64,000 nt of DNA from Patescibacteria group bacterium (GCA_028688055.1 JAQTYZ010000002.1:68256-132255); one strand, 5' to 3'. Numbered from the stretch's first letter, positions 19,301 through 27,847 are shown. A program made the numbers and translations. The notes: generated by a model not told the origin, from the letters alone.

Positions 19301-19875
19301 CTGAATTAAGTGCCTATCCAACCGGGGCTGAAGTAAGTTATCCGGTCGGGACGCTATTTAAAGGGGCTAATAGTTCGGCGGTATTTATGGTTGTTGATGG
19401 TAAGCGTCAGGTTTTTTTCAATGCTAAATATTTTTTAGCTAACCATTATTCATGGTCAAATATTATTTCGATACCTCAAGCCGACCTTGACGTAATCAAT
19501 TTGGCCGGCAACGTTAAATATCCCGATGGTACTTTAATCAAAAGTGAAGGTGCTAATATTTATTTGCTTGACGGCGGGGTAGCCAGAAAGATTGCATCCG
19601 AAACAGTTTTTAATGATTTAGGTTTGGACTGGTTAAACTTGATTGTTGTTTCGCCCCTCGAACTTTCTTTCTATATGCAAGGTTACGATATTAATTCCGC
19701 GAGTGAGGTGTCAGTTTTGTTGATCAATAGTTTAGACTCAGATCAAGATCACGTTTACGACTATTTGGAAAGAATATATGGCACCAATGTCAACAGTGCT
19801 GATACTGACCACGATGGGTACAATGATTACCTGGAAATTTTAACTGGCCATAATCCTTTGTCACCCCCAAAATAA
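16396..19875 (+). CDS. Giant secreted/surface protein (1159 aa): PKD domain, right-handed beta-helix (pectate-lyase-like), two Cys-rich repeats, Thr/Pro linker, acidic Ca-binding-like C-terminus
   Basis: N-terminal signal anchor. PKD-like YNWNFGDPG...YRVTLTVKN. Tandem repeats CVEHWSCSAWLTCSSSSSQTRTCTDANHCGTT and CVESWSCTSWSACAANNTQSRLCADANNCSTT. C-terminus DTDHDGYNDYLE. Confidence 0.6.
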   Translation: MADRKKINWRGPRVKVVGVLLFGSVMLVGGVLVFRLVINHGRVLGEYTVATTDNPLVATITVDESAWFTNVTSWRPDGFSVTKGYAPFPVFFQGWESTPRAELVDYNWNFGDPGAIGKNLNILTGFNSAHVFEQPGNYRVTLTVKNRQGQTAQATIDVEVLERPSTGKYYVDSINGRDTYTGKCQTYSVTDNCGPWQTAEKAFANVYVHPTGGDSSFYQYGDSVLFKRGGTYPIMTGTTTEIWIQGVLFGAYGEGAKPIIQYNGSTDSVNGAAGRVITGKAGSHDVYFQDLNFEFKNPTVSARLTGLISVADQSRGFLFLRVDAEDPRASLFRFGGPSSAAMANEAIVTGVYVIDSSVKLNYYGQDSVNDPNFGGSDMFFGYMRNMAWIGNTFDKSDGHIAYLSHLNKAVIINNVFSRPAFSRNALRIDGSLVNNKGTNNVYVADNYFLGWRDPIDSTRSDAGGAIHNGGGTRYNLELIHLGPNSGLTDQSISDVVFERNIVTNYESVMSIADADNIIIRNNLFITPNQQAVSPGSLVIGNRDWEKRPNNNITIVGNTFAIQSKSPSGALPSAAFYINPYNTSRGTTIGITQHTNIKILNNLVYRPQASSPVIAAFNYNPPATLKSQLHFDGNLYYAQTATDDKMFAYFNWSGNTVVSTTYYTFSEWQTLKDANGVGYNYDPSSQASSSLAFASLLFNSLPVFYSNNPGYPFTLDDNISQADSYKEMFKLINNATNPAIDNGVDLNNYLPSNYLPYDFSGNERPDGSLLNGTNYDIGAYEIYKNSVPKPAPCVEHWSCSAWLTCSSSSSQTRTCTDANHCGTTVTKPLESQSCVPAPSACVESWSCTSWSACAANNTQSRLCADANNCSTTNDKPSISQSCGNTSTPNASAGSGGAPPPTVTLTPSPTTETENSTTPTAPLLSGSLVKTANSPKLYLIGADRKIRYIPTYGIFLANRFLSKHIEVLSDSELSAYPTGAEVSYPVGTLFKGANSSAVFMVVDGKRQVFFNAKYFLANHYSWSNIISIPQADLDVINLAGNVKYPDGTLIKSEGANIYLLDGGVARKIASETVFNDLGLDWLNLIVVSPLELSFYMQGYDINSASEVSVLLINSLDSDQDHVYDYLERIYGTNVNSADTDHDGYNDYLEILTGHNPLSPPK

Positions 19876-19876
19876 G

Positions 19877-19905
19877 TTGACAAAAAGTTTTTGTTGTGCT
19901 ATACT
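19877..19905 (+). promoter_or_regulatory. Sigma70-type promoter, duplicate of the module at 16171
   Basis: Identical TTGACAAAAAGTTTTTGTTGTGCTATACT. Confidence 0.7.
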
Positions 19906-19980
19906 GTATTTATAAGAGGTCGCAAGACTCTCTTTTTGTAACCCAAGCGGTTGCCACTCAAAAACCAAAATAAAAATTAT

Positions 19981-20262
19981 ATGTCACGCCCCCAACCAGT
20001 TCACGAAATGTTATCGTTATTCGGCTTTAATGCTCAGGCCAATGCCCTGAGTCAAAAAATAGCCAAATATCGTTTGGCTATAAGTTTGCTCAGTGCTTTT
20101 TTTATTGTTTTGGCGGTTGCTTTCTTAATGAATATTTCGGAAAATGTTATCAAGGCTAAAGCCGTTGTTCCGTCAGCTACCATTGAAGAGCGAGCGGCTT
20201 TTATTCCCGGCCATTTTATTAGTGACAAAATCAGTTTGGGTTATTTGGGTAGCTATCGCTAA
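19981..20262 (+). CDS. Small membrane protein (one transmembrane segment), hypothetical
   Basis: ATG at 19981 gives MSRPQPVHEM.... The ORF-track start at 19951 is TTG. Driven by the duplicated promoter. Confidence 0.4.
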   Translation: MSRPQPVHEMLSLFGFNAQANALSQKIAKYRLAISLLSAFFIVLAVAFLMNISENVIKAKAVVPSATIEERAAFIPGHFISDKISLGYLGSYR

Positions 20263-20370
20263 TCCTTTTTTAATATTTATTGCCAGCCGGCCGCTGGTTT
20301 GACGGCCCCATAATCATTGGCAACAAAATTTTTGTTCTTTTCGTCGACAACTAAAACAAAAACAAAAATA

Positions 20371-20399
20371 TATGGCTTGGCCATATATTTTTTTTATTT
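20371..20399. terminator. Bidirectional intrinsic terminator
   Basis: ATATATGGCTTGGCCATATAT followed by TTTTTTT. Confidence 0.6.
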
Positions 20400-20407
20400 A
20401 AATAAAA

Positions 20408-21022
20408 TTAAATACTGCCTTTTTCGTCGTTAATCGTATCCGCCACCATCAGCTGATGGGCGCGCTTGCTATCCTCAACTAGTTTAGTGATTTTTCGCGC
20501 CACTTCGTTTGGGTTGGGGACTTGCTTAAAAGTAAAGCGCTCTTGCTCGGCCGCCGTTTGAATGTACACCGTACCGTAGTTAATTAAAGTTGGGAAGATG
20601 CCTTTTACCTCCGACGTGATATCTTGGACGCGATATAATTCTTGTTCCGAGATAACGCGATCAAATAAACCAGCTTGTTCAATATTGACAATTCGATGGG
20701 TGGTAATAATCCAAACATCTAAATAATAATCAACGTAGCTGTAAAAAATTAGCACCCAAACAAATAAGTAATAAATACTTAAGGCTAAAAGAATGATTGG
20801 CCAGATAATGGTGCTGGTAAAAAAATCGCCCAAGATATCGCCGTTGACTAAAAAACCATAAAAAACCGGCGGCAGTAAGGCCACCATTAGCCAGAAAATA
20901 ATTTTTAAAAAAATTGTAAAAGGGTGGCGACGCAATAATAAAATAATCGTCTCGTTGTCTTTTTTATGTGGTAGGAAAAATTTTAACATTTTATTTGAAA
21001 GTAAACTGAGGTTGGATATCAA
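20408..21022 (-). CDS. Membrane protein with a bacterial PH domain (bPH_2, YdbS/YdbT-like)
   Basis: Two transmembrane helices followed by DVWIITTHRIVNIEQAGLFDRV...NYGTVYIQTA. Confidence 0.55.
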   Translation of the reverse strand: MISNLSLLSNKMLKFFLPHKKDNETIILLLRRHPFTIFLKIIFWLMVALLPPVFYGFLVNGDILGDFFTSTIIWPIILLALSIYYLFVWVLIFYSYVDYYLDVWIITTHRIVNIEQAGLFDRVISEQELYRVQDITSEVKGIFPTLINYGTVYIQTAAEQERFTFKQVPNPNEVARKITKLVEDSKRAHQLMVADTINDEKGSI

Positions 21023-21233
21023 TGATCTGCTTCCAGTCGACTTGGCTGATGTAGTACCAAGAAATGGCGAGGATAATAATTGATACTAAAATATAAAAGA
21101 TCGCCAAGGCGCTGCTAAAAATTGTCGGGAGGCCAAAGCGAATAATGTGATAAAGATTAAAGAAACTAAAAAGAAGAAAAGCTAAGACAAAAAATAAGTA
21201 GATATAATAAAATAATGCCAATGGGATATACAT
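20991..21233 (-). CDS. Small hydrophobic protein, hypothetical
   Basis: 80-aa ORF with two predicted transmembrane segments. Overlaps the downstream gene. Confidence 0.3.
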   Translation of the reverse strand: MYIPLALFYYIYLFFVLAFLLFSFFNLYHIIRFGLPTIFSSALAIFYILVSIIILAISWYYISQVDWKQIIDIQPQFTFK

Positions 21234-21240
21234 CTTTATA

Positions 21241-22269
21241 TTATAGCAATTTATTGGCCTGATCGGTACTGCTAAGCTTTAGGTGCTCGTAAGCCGCTTC
21301 CGTGGCCATGCGACCTTTTGGTGTTCTTTTTAACATACCAATTTGGAGGAGGAATGGTTCGTAAACATCTTCAATCGTGGCCATTTCTTCGCCAGTCGCC
21401 GCGGCAATGGTATTGAGGCCAACAGGTCCGCCTTTAAATTTGGTAATAATCAACTCCAAAATTTTTCGATCAATTTCATCAAGTCCGAATTCATCGATAT
21501 CCAGCATCGTTAAGGCTTCGTTGGTAATGTCGTCGTTGATTTTGCCATCACCTTTAACTTGGGCAAAATCCCTGACTCGTTTTAAAATGCGGTTCGCGAT
21601 GCGTGGTGTTTTGCGTGATCGTGACGCAATTTTTTCGGTTGCTTCCGGCACAATGTTAACGTCTAAAATTTCAGCGGACCGTTTAACAATTTTGCCAATC
21701 TCATCATTTTCATAAAAGTTTAAGTGATAAATATTGCCGAAACGATCGCGTAATGGTGATGACAACATACTGACTTTGGTGGTGGCGCCGACAATGGTAA
21801 AGCGCGGCAAGTCGAGTCGTAATGTTCGGGCGGACGGACCTTTGCCAATGACAATGTCTAACGCGTATTCTTCCATGGCCGGGTAAAGGATTTCTTCAAT
21901 GACTTTATTTAAGCGATGAATTTCGTCAATAAATAAAATATCGCCAGCTTCGAGATTGGTTAGAATGGCGGCCAAGTCGCCCGATCGCTCAAGCGCGGGG
22001 CCGGAAGTCACTCGAATATTAACGCCCATTTCTTCGGCAATAATGTGGGCCAAAGTTGTTTTACCTAAGCCTGGTGGCCCGTAAAGTAAAACATGCTCAA
22101 TCGGCTCTTGCCGCTGTTTGGCGGCGGCCATAAAAATGGTGAGGTTGTCTTTAATTTTTTGTTGGCCGATAAATTCATCTAATTTTTTGGGCCGCAAAGA
22201 AACATCAAGGGTTTGTTCTTCCTTGGTTTCTTTGGGATCGATAATTCGATTGACTTCGGAGTCGATCAT
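21241..22269 (-). CDS. ruvB: Holliday junction branch-migration helicase RuvB
   Basis: [12 protein letters not shown]...[14 protein letters not shown]...DEIHRL...[15 protein letters not shown]. Confidence 0.9.
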   Translation of the reverse strand: MIDSEVNRIIDPKETKEEQTLDVSLRPKKLDEFIGQQKIKDNLTIFMAAAKQRQEPIEHVLLYGPPGLGKTTLAHIIAEEMGVNIRVTSGPALERSGDLAAILTNLEAGDILFIDEIHRLNKVIEEILYPAMEEYALDIVIGKGPSARTLRLDLPRFTIVGATTKVSMLSSPLRDRFGNIYHLNFYENDEIGKIVKRSAEILDVNIVPEATEKIASRSRKTPRIANRILKRVRDFAQVKGDGKINDDITNEALTMLDIDEFGLDEIDRKILELIITKFKGGPVGLNTIAAATGEEMATIEDVYEPFLLQIGMLKRTPKGRMATEAAYEHLKLSSTDQANKLL

Positions 22270-22339
22270 AGCAATCTTATCTTAGCGGTTTAAAGTTAAA
22301 AATTCAACTAAAATAAAAAAGAGTGTAACTCTCTTTTAA

Positions 22340-22425
22340 TGGTGCCCAGGGCGGGACTCGAACCCGCAAGGCATTACTGCCAAAGGATTTTAAGTCCTTC
22401 GTGTATACCATTCCACCACCTGGGC
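22340..22425 (-). tRNA. tRNA-Leu(TAA)
   Basis: Reverse complement GCCCAGGTGGTGGAATGGTATACACGAAGGACTTAAAATCCTT...CCTGGGCACCA. Class II variable arm. CCA is encoded. Confidence 0.8.
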
Positions 22426-22471
22426 TCAACTTGTTTGGAAACGTTAATTATAATAAGATAGAATAACGTTT

Positions 22472-22933
22472 ATGTCAACAAAAAAATTTCCAATTTACTT
22501 GGTGGTTCAAAATGTTCGCAGTCTCTATAATGTCGGTTCAATTTTTCGTTGCGCCGATGTCTTTGGCGTTGATAAAATTTTTTTGTGCGGCTATACCGGT
22601 TTTCCGCCGCGGAAAGAAATTTCCAAAACTGCACTGGGGGCTGAGACTTGGATTCCTTGGGAACGGCAGTGGCAAACTCATCTCGTGGTTAAAAAGTTAA
22701 AGACTGCAGGCTTTAAAATTATCGCCCTCGAAACCGGGGAGCATAATGTTAGTTTGCCAAAATTCAAGCCCGCTGGACCAATTGCTTTGGTCGTTGGTAG
22801 TGAAGTCAATGGCATCAGTCGTTCAATTTTAGCGCTGGCTGACAAAAAAGTTGTTATTCCAATGCTGGGCAAAAAAGAATCGTTAAATGTGGCGGTGGCT
22901 ACCGGCATTGCTTTGTACGCGCTGCGTAATTAA
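22472..22933 (+). CDS. SpoU/TrmH-family RNA 2'-O-methyltransferase
   Basis: SPOUT motifs LVVGSEVNGIS...IPMLGKKESLNVAVATGIALYAL. Confidence 0.7.
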   Translation: MSTKKFPIYLVVQNVRSLYNVGSIFRCADVFGVDKIFLCGYTGFPPRKEISKTALGAETWIPWERQWQTHLVVKKLKTAGFKIIALETGEHNVSLPKFKPAGPIALVVGSEVNGISRSILALADKKVVIPMLGKKESLNVAVATGIALYALRN

Positions 22934-22980
22934 GGCTTGCAATTATTTAAAATTTTGCTATAATCTCATTTGTAGTAAAT

Positions 22981-23089
22981 GCGGGTGTGGTTTCCGCCGA
23001 AGGCGGACTAGTCTCTGGCTGGCAGTTGCTGGAGTTTTCTGGTCGCCAACGCGTTCGTCCTGATAGTATTGTGATCACCCGTAATAAGT
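22981..23089 (+). pseudogene. Decayed tRNA-Gly-like duplicate (pseudo-tRNA) upstream of the functional tRNA-Gly
   Basis: Starts GCGGGTGTGGTT, the same first 12 nt as the tRNA-Gly. A GAAG-tetraloop hairpin (TCCGCCGAAGGCGGA) replaces the D-arm. The GGTCGCC and CACCCGT acceptor 3' strand are retained. Shares the flanking motifs CTAGTCTC and CGTCCTGATAGT with the sequence downstream of the real tRNA. Confidence 0.4.
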
Positions 23090-23120
23090 ATTTCAAATTG
23101 ATATACCTTGTGTCCCCTGA

Positions 23121-23192
23121 GCGGGTGTGGTTCAGTGGTAGAACGCTTCCTTGCCAAGGAAGAGGTCGCCGGTTCGATCCCGGTCACCCGCT
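23121..23192 (+). tRNA. tRNA-Gly(GCC). No encoded CCA
   Basis: GCGGGTGTGGTTCAGTGGTAGAACGCTTCCTTGCCAAGGAAG...GGTTCGATCCCGGTCACCCGCT. Flanked by the inverted repeat GTCCCCTGA / TCAGGGGAC, which extends the acceptor helix. Confidence 0.85.
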
Positions 23193-23365
23193 CAGGGGAC
23201 AGAATCTAGTCTCAGCCTAAAATAAGGGTCGTCCTGATAGTGTATCGTAATTACCGCTCCATCAAATCTTCCATTGGGAAGATTTTTTGTTTATAAAAAA
23301 AACTGCACCGTTGCCAAAGCATTGGTGCAGAAGATAGACAAAACGCAAAGATCGGAAATGTCGAC

Positions 23366-24676
23366 TTAGAATTCGAAGTTGACGGTTTTCAGTCGCCGCA
23401 TCGCTTCGACAATGACGGATTCTTCGGTTGGCAATCCGCATTCCGGAACCGGCATTAAAGTTGTAGCCCAGCGCAGGTAAGGCTTTTCGTTAATGGTTTG
23501 AGCCATTACCGAAACTCTGAGAGTGTGGCGGAGCCATTCCGCACATTCCACAGAATTGCTGAAGGTAATACCGTTGACGCTTTTCGGCGCGGGCGTAATT
23601 TGGCACAGCCCAGCCTCCGGCATAGCGGCGCTAAAGCCACTTGCCTCCAGGCCTTCAAATAGGTTCTGGTGAAGTTGTTGGTAGCACTCGCGGGTGGCAT
23701 CGGCCCATTCGGGATGTTTCAGGCAAGCCAAGCCGGCAACAATGGTTGGACCAAAGGCTCCGGAGTGCTTGACATCCGAGACTTCTCGAATCGCCGCGAT
23801 AATGGTTGGATGACCCACCATCCAGCCGAAGCGTAGACCGGTTGCCGACCAGCCCTTACTGACCGACTGTAAGACGATGCAGCAATTTTCCCAACCTTCA
23901 ACTTCAAGTACACTGCAGGTCCGGTCGTTGTAACGAAGGTCAGTATAGGCCTCGTCGACGATTAGGGTGACTCCATAAATCTCCGCCCAAGCAATGATAT
24001 TTTGCCACTGCTCTTTGGAATAGCCGGCGCCAGTTGGATTGTGCGGGAAGTTAATGTAGGCAACCCGTTTACCTAACTTGGCCAAGAGAACTTTACCGAT
24101 GTGTCCAAGGTCTAGATCCCACAATCCGTCGCAGAGCACGAGTGGTTGGTTGCTGACCGTGGCCCCTCGAATATTCTTGGGGTTGGCAATTACACCGTAT
24201 CCGGGCGTGGGAAACACCACCTTGGTTCCTTCTTCGAATAGGAGAGTGGGAAGAATCTCAGCCAGGGCACCTTTGATTGCCTGAGGTGAATACTGTACCC
24301 AGTTCCGATCGAACCTGGTCTGCCCGTTGGCAAACCGTTTGTTCAACCAAGCGGCAATTAACGTGTGAGTGTCACAGAACACTCCCGCTTTTTCGCAGAC
24401 TCGTGCACCAGTGTTGTCGGTGTAGCATGTTGACCATGGAAAATGGCGATAGTATTGCATTCCAGCATTCATCGCCTCCTCTTCCATCTTTTGGCGTGGG
24501 TCAGCCACTGACATCGTGATCAGTGCTGAAGTTGGGTTGCCTGGTTGGTTTCCTCTGGCCAGTTCTTCTTCGGCCGCGATCATGGCGCTGAAAGCATAGC
24601 CGCCACCTCGTTTGTCAAATTCGAAGCCACCGCAGCAATCGCTTATCCGTTGTCTCCATAATCTGTCCGTATCCAT
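23366..24676 (-). CDS. PLP-dependent aminotransferase, class I/II
   Basis: YINFPHNPTGA...SVSKGWSATGLRFGW (Lys-pyridoxal motif region). Visibly higher GC than the surrounding genes. Confidence 0.55.
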   Translation of the reverse strand: MDTDRLWRQRISDCCGGFEFDKRGGGYAFSAMIAAEEELARGNQPGNPTSALITMSVADPRQKMEEEAMNAGMQYYRHFPWSTCYTDNTGARVCEKAGVFCDTHTLIAAWLNKRFANGQTRFDRNWVQYSPQAIKGALAEILPTLLFEEGTKVVFPTPGYGVIANPKNIRGATVSNQPLVLCDGLWDLDLGHIGKVLLAKLGKRVAYINFPHNPTGAGYSKEQWQNIIAWAEIYGVTLIVDEAYTDLRYNDRTCSVLEVEGWENCCIVLQSVSKGWSATGLRFGWMVGHPTIIAAIREVSDVKHSGAFGPTIVAGLACLKHPEWADATRECYQQLHQNLFEGLEASGFSAAMPEAGLCQITPAPKSVNGITFSNSVECAEWLRHTLRVSVMAQTINEKPYLRWATTLMPVPECGLPTEESVIVEAMRRLKTVNFEF

Positions 24677-25020
24677 CTGCTACCTTTCTAGTAAACCACT
24701 GGTTTACTCGTCAAGACCGATTTCATTTTCGATCAACTGTTTCAGTGTCTGCCGTTATCCTTTCTTCCGCAGCTGTTATATTTGCTGGTGCTTGGTTAGA
24801 TTTTAGGGTACGAAAAAGGAGGCGATTGTGCCTCCTCCTTTGAGCTTATTAAAACAAATTATTTTTAAATAGTCAACGTGGTTAATATTCACTCCACTAA
24901 AATTTTTACCTCCAAATAAATCATTGTTAGCCTGAGCGTAAGCAAGTAGTTCAGAAAAGATTTTTAGGTATTAAAAAATAGCACTTTTAGCGAGGTGCAA
25001 ACTCGGAATGACTCGGACGA

Positions 25021-25263
25021 TTATTTGATGCTATCGTCACAAGCCGTGTTTTGGTGGTTTTGTCGTCCTGTCATACCGTTTCGGCGGTAGACGACCCGTG
25101 CCGTTGCCATCCAAATCGCCAAGACAAGCTCATACACCCCTGGCCAATATTTGTTCATGTCCAAGCCGTGGGCATAAACATCCCAGATGTCGGCAACGGA
25201 CACAAGAATCAATAAGATGACCAGGGCGACCATCAAGGTGCGGTACTCGTTTCTCGCCTTCAT
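25021..25263 (-). CDS. Small membrane protein, hypothetical (GC-rich)
   Basis: 80-aa ORF with two hydrophobic helices. Confidence 0.3.
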   Translation of the reverse strand: MKARNEYRTLMVALVILLILVSVADIWDVYAHGLDMNKYWPGVYELVLAIWMATARVVYRRNGMTGRQNHQNTACDDSIK

Positions 25264-25606
25264 TTATATGCTCCTGTTTGAGTACAATCTCACTTATCGA
25301 ATACTACAGCGCAGTCGTTAATGAGATTAATATACTATATCATATTGTTAACATAATGTCAATAGGTACGTAATGGATCAATAGCTTGGCAATACCTTTG
25401 GCAGAATACAAGCATTAGGCAGATAGCTTTTGAACTTGAAAAATCATTATCAACTATCTGTTGTGAACTGCAGCAACTTTTCTAGGCAAAGTATGGTTTA
25501 CTCACCGCGGTTAGCTCATGAACGGGCTTGCATAATAATTAAAAAATACCTCTCAATGCAGCCATAATTGGTACATTGATAATCAATTAACCAAACTGTC
25601 ATTTTA

Positions 25607-25706
25607 TGTCATTGCGAGCGAATGAGGTGAGCGAAGCAATCTTAGGGTTGTCGTAAATTTAAGGGATTGCTTCGTCTCCGCCAGCTGGCGGATCCTCGCA
25701 ATGACA
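25607..25706. repeat. MITE/REP-like palindromic element (about 100 bp) with terminal inverted repeat TGTCATTGCGAG / CTCGCAATGACA
   Basis: Nested inverted repeats (CGAAGCAATC / GATTGCTTCG). Its left half recurs at 31665-31700. Confidence 0.6.
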
Positions 25707-25844
25707 ACCGTAGACAGTGGTATTGAAAACGCCTAACGAAGCGCTGAAGATATTAACAAACTAAAACCGTCAAAAAAGTGTTTCTAAAACATAGACTGTT
25801 AGATATCAAAAAAGAAGCGCCAGGCTCCTTTTTTTGTTTAATTT

Positions 25845-26018
25845 CTACCGCTGTTCTCTGGAAAAATTAATTTCGCCTTCATTGGCCCAACTCGGTGGAA
25901 CAATCGGCTTTTGAAATTCAACATAGACCCAAGTCCAGCAGCCGATGGAGACCACGATTAAAATTATTATTTTAATCCAGTCAGCTTTAGTAATTACATC
26001 TTTTAATTTTATCGTCAT
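25845..26018 (-). CDS. Small membrane protein (57 aa), hypothetical
   Basis: Reverse-strand ATG at 26018 gives MTIKLKDVITKADWIKIIILIVVSIGCWTWV.... Not in the ORF track because it is under 60 aa. Confidence 0.25.
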   Translation of the reverse strand: MTIKLKDVITKADWIKIIILIVVSIGCWTWVYVEFQKPIVPPSWANEGEINFSREQR

Positions 26019-26110
26019 AACCAAATTATAGCATACCGCCCCGCCGGTTGCCCAAAATTAAGCACTCAATTATAATGAATTTAATAAGTAGCTAAACGCT
26101 AGGATAACTA

Positions 26111-27556
26111 ATGGAAAACATTTTGACCCAGAATAAAAATTTAGCCGACGCCCTAAAAGATGAAGCGTCTTATCTGCTGGAACGCCAAAAGCATACGCGC
26201 TACACGATGCTGAGAAAATCCGGTCAGGTGGGACGAGTTTTAATCTCCGGCGCGGCTTTTATTATTACCGTTGACCAAAACGACAAATTAAAAGTTTTGG
26301 CCAATCATTCGGTTTATATTGTTAATGGCGTGATTAAAGAAGTTTTTCCCGCCAAGCAAAAGTTAATACCCGAAAGTAAAATTGATTTATTATACGACGC
26401 GGCCAAGCGCAGCGGCGTGGTGATTACGCCAGGATTTATTAATGCGCATACTCATCCGCCGATGTATTTATTGCGTTCATCAATGACGCTCGACAAAGGC
26501 AACGTCGTTGATCAGGTGGCAAAGATGGCACTGTTGGAAGCTAAAATGGATGAATTGGATTTTTTCTTGGGCGCGGTTGGCGATTTTACCGAAGAGCAAA
26601 AAAATGGTATCACCACCACTTTAAGCCATTATGGCGTTTTTGATCCGATTGAGCGCGCGGCCAAGATGACGAGACAAAATGTGATTAACGCCATTTCGGC
26701 CATCTCAAATTCTCATCCGAAAAATTCGCCGGCGCTGGTTGAAAAAATCTTGCAGCATAAAAAACAATATTTTTCGCAGCCGGCCATCGCGATTCATTAT
26801 ATCCATAAGGCCAGCCCCGAGCAGCTGCAGGAAATTAGACGGCTGACTAAAAAATATAAAGTTTTATTAACGATGCACGCCGCGGAAACCGAAAGCTGGG
26901 TGCAAGATTGTATTGAACGGTACGGCAAGCGCACGATTGAAGTTTTAGTTGATTTAGGTTTGGCTAATTCTAATACCGTGTTATCGCACGCCGTTCATGT
27001 TTCTGACGCCGAAATTAAATTAATTGCCAAGCATAAAATTGGCATTGTTCATTTGCCGACGTCCAATAAAATTCACCGCAGCGGCGAATTCAAATATCCG
27101 TTGTTTGTAAAATACAAGGCGGATAAATTAATTTCTCTTGGTACTGACAGTGTTATTTCTAAAAATACTTTGGATTTGTTGTCCGAAGCCCTACAAACTC
27201 GCATTATGCACCAGCATTCGCATCGAGTCTTATATGAAGATTTATTTAAAATGATGACTTCCCAAGGCGCTAGTGTTTTAAAGCTTGGCAAAGTTGGTCG
27301 CATTGCGCCGGGGTATCGCGCCGACATCGCGTTTTGGAAATTGCGCGACCGCGGCTTTATGCCGTACAACGAAGCCAAGCCGATTAGCTTGGTTGGCAAT
27401 ATGATTACACACGGCGGCCGCAACATCCGTGACTTGATGATTAAGGGTGAATTTGTTATTTCCAACCGCTTACACAATCGGGTTAATGAAAGTAAGTTAA
27501 TGACTGAATTGCAATCGGCCCATATGAGACTGCGAAAACGACTTGGCAATGATTAA
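26111..27556 (+). CDS. Amidohydrolase-family metal-dependent deaminase (chlorohydrolase, MTA/SAH- or guanine-deaminase-like)
   Basis: GFINAHTHPPM...HAAETESW...HAVHVSD...LGTDS metal-binding motif series. Confidence 0.6.
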   Translation: MENILTQNKNLADALKDEASYLLERQKHTRYTMLRKSGQVGRVLISGAAFIITVDQNDKLKVLANHSVYIVNGVIKEVFPAKQKLIPESKIDLLYDAAKRSGVVITPGFINAHTHPPMYLLRSSMTLDKGNVVDQVAKMALLEAKMDELDFFLGAVGDFTEEQKNGITTTLSHYGVFDPIERAAKMTRQNVINAISAISNSHPKNSPALVEKILQHKKQYFSQPAIAIHYIHKASPEQLQEIRRLTKKYKVLLTMHAAETESWVQDCIERYGKRTIEVLVDLGLANSNTVLSHAVHVSDAEIKLIAKHKIGIVHLPTSNKIHRSGEFKYPLFVKYKADKLISLGTDSVISKNTLDLLSEALQTRIMHQHSHRVLYEDLFKMMTSQGASVLKLGKVGRIAPGYRADIAFWKLRDRGFMPYNEAKPISLVGNMITHGGRNIRDLMIKGEFVISNRLHNRVNESKLMTELQSAHMRLRKRLGND

Positions 27557-27571
27557 TCTAGAAATAAAAAA

Positions 27572-27601
27572 GCCCCGCCAACTGGCGGGGCTTTGGTTAG
27601 G
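27572..27601 (+). terminator. Intrinsic terminator
   Basis: AAAAAAGCCCCGCCAACTGGCGGGGCTTTGGTT. Confidence 0.65.
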
Positions 27602-27643
27602 CGGTTTTTTGGTAGCTTATTTATCATCCTAAATTTATTAAAA

Positions 27644-27700
27644 TTGTCATCCTGAACTGGTTTCAGGATCTTGAGATTCCGGACCAAGCCCGGAATGACA
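27644..27700. repeat. Palindromic repeat element: TTGTCAT, hairpin ATCCTGAA..TTCAGGAT, hairpin ATTCCGG..CCGGAAT, ATGACA
   Basis: Terminal inverted repeat TGTCAT/ATGACA enclosing two hairpin modules. Confidence 0.6.
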
Positions 27701-27710
27701 CTTCCTAAGT

Positions 27711-27791
27711 TTGTCATCCTGAACTAGTTTCAGGATCTCTGGAGATGCCAAACCCACCGCCACGGCGGGGCAAGCAAGTTCGGCATGACAC
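27711..27791. repeat. Palindromic repeat element of the same family, with a CCGCCACGGCGG module in reverse orientation
   Basis: TTGTCATCCTGAACTAGTTTCAGGATC...CCACCGCCACGGCGGGGCAAGCAAGTTCGGCATGACAC. Its reverse complement matches 34889-34984. Confidence 0.6.
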
Positions 27792-27847
27792 GGGAAACTT
27801 CGTCGGTCGCCAATTGACGTGTCGGGCAAATCTCATCAGTGTTTGCT

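Noticed and set aside
22981-23120. Possibility that the segment upstream of tRNA-Gly is an SRP RNA, tmRNA or a group I intron
   Set aside because: It lacks the SRP domain IV GGAA/AGCAG motifs and a tmRNA tag reading frame, and it is too short for a group I intron (about 140 nt). Similarity to the tRNA-Gly termini and the shared flanking motifs fit a decayed tRNA duplicate better.
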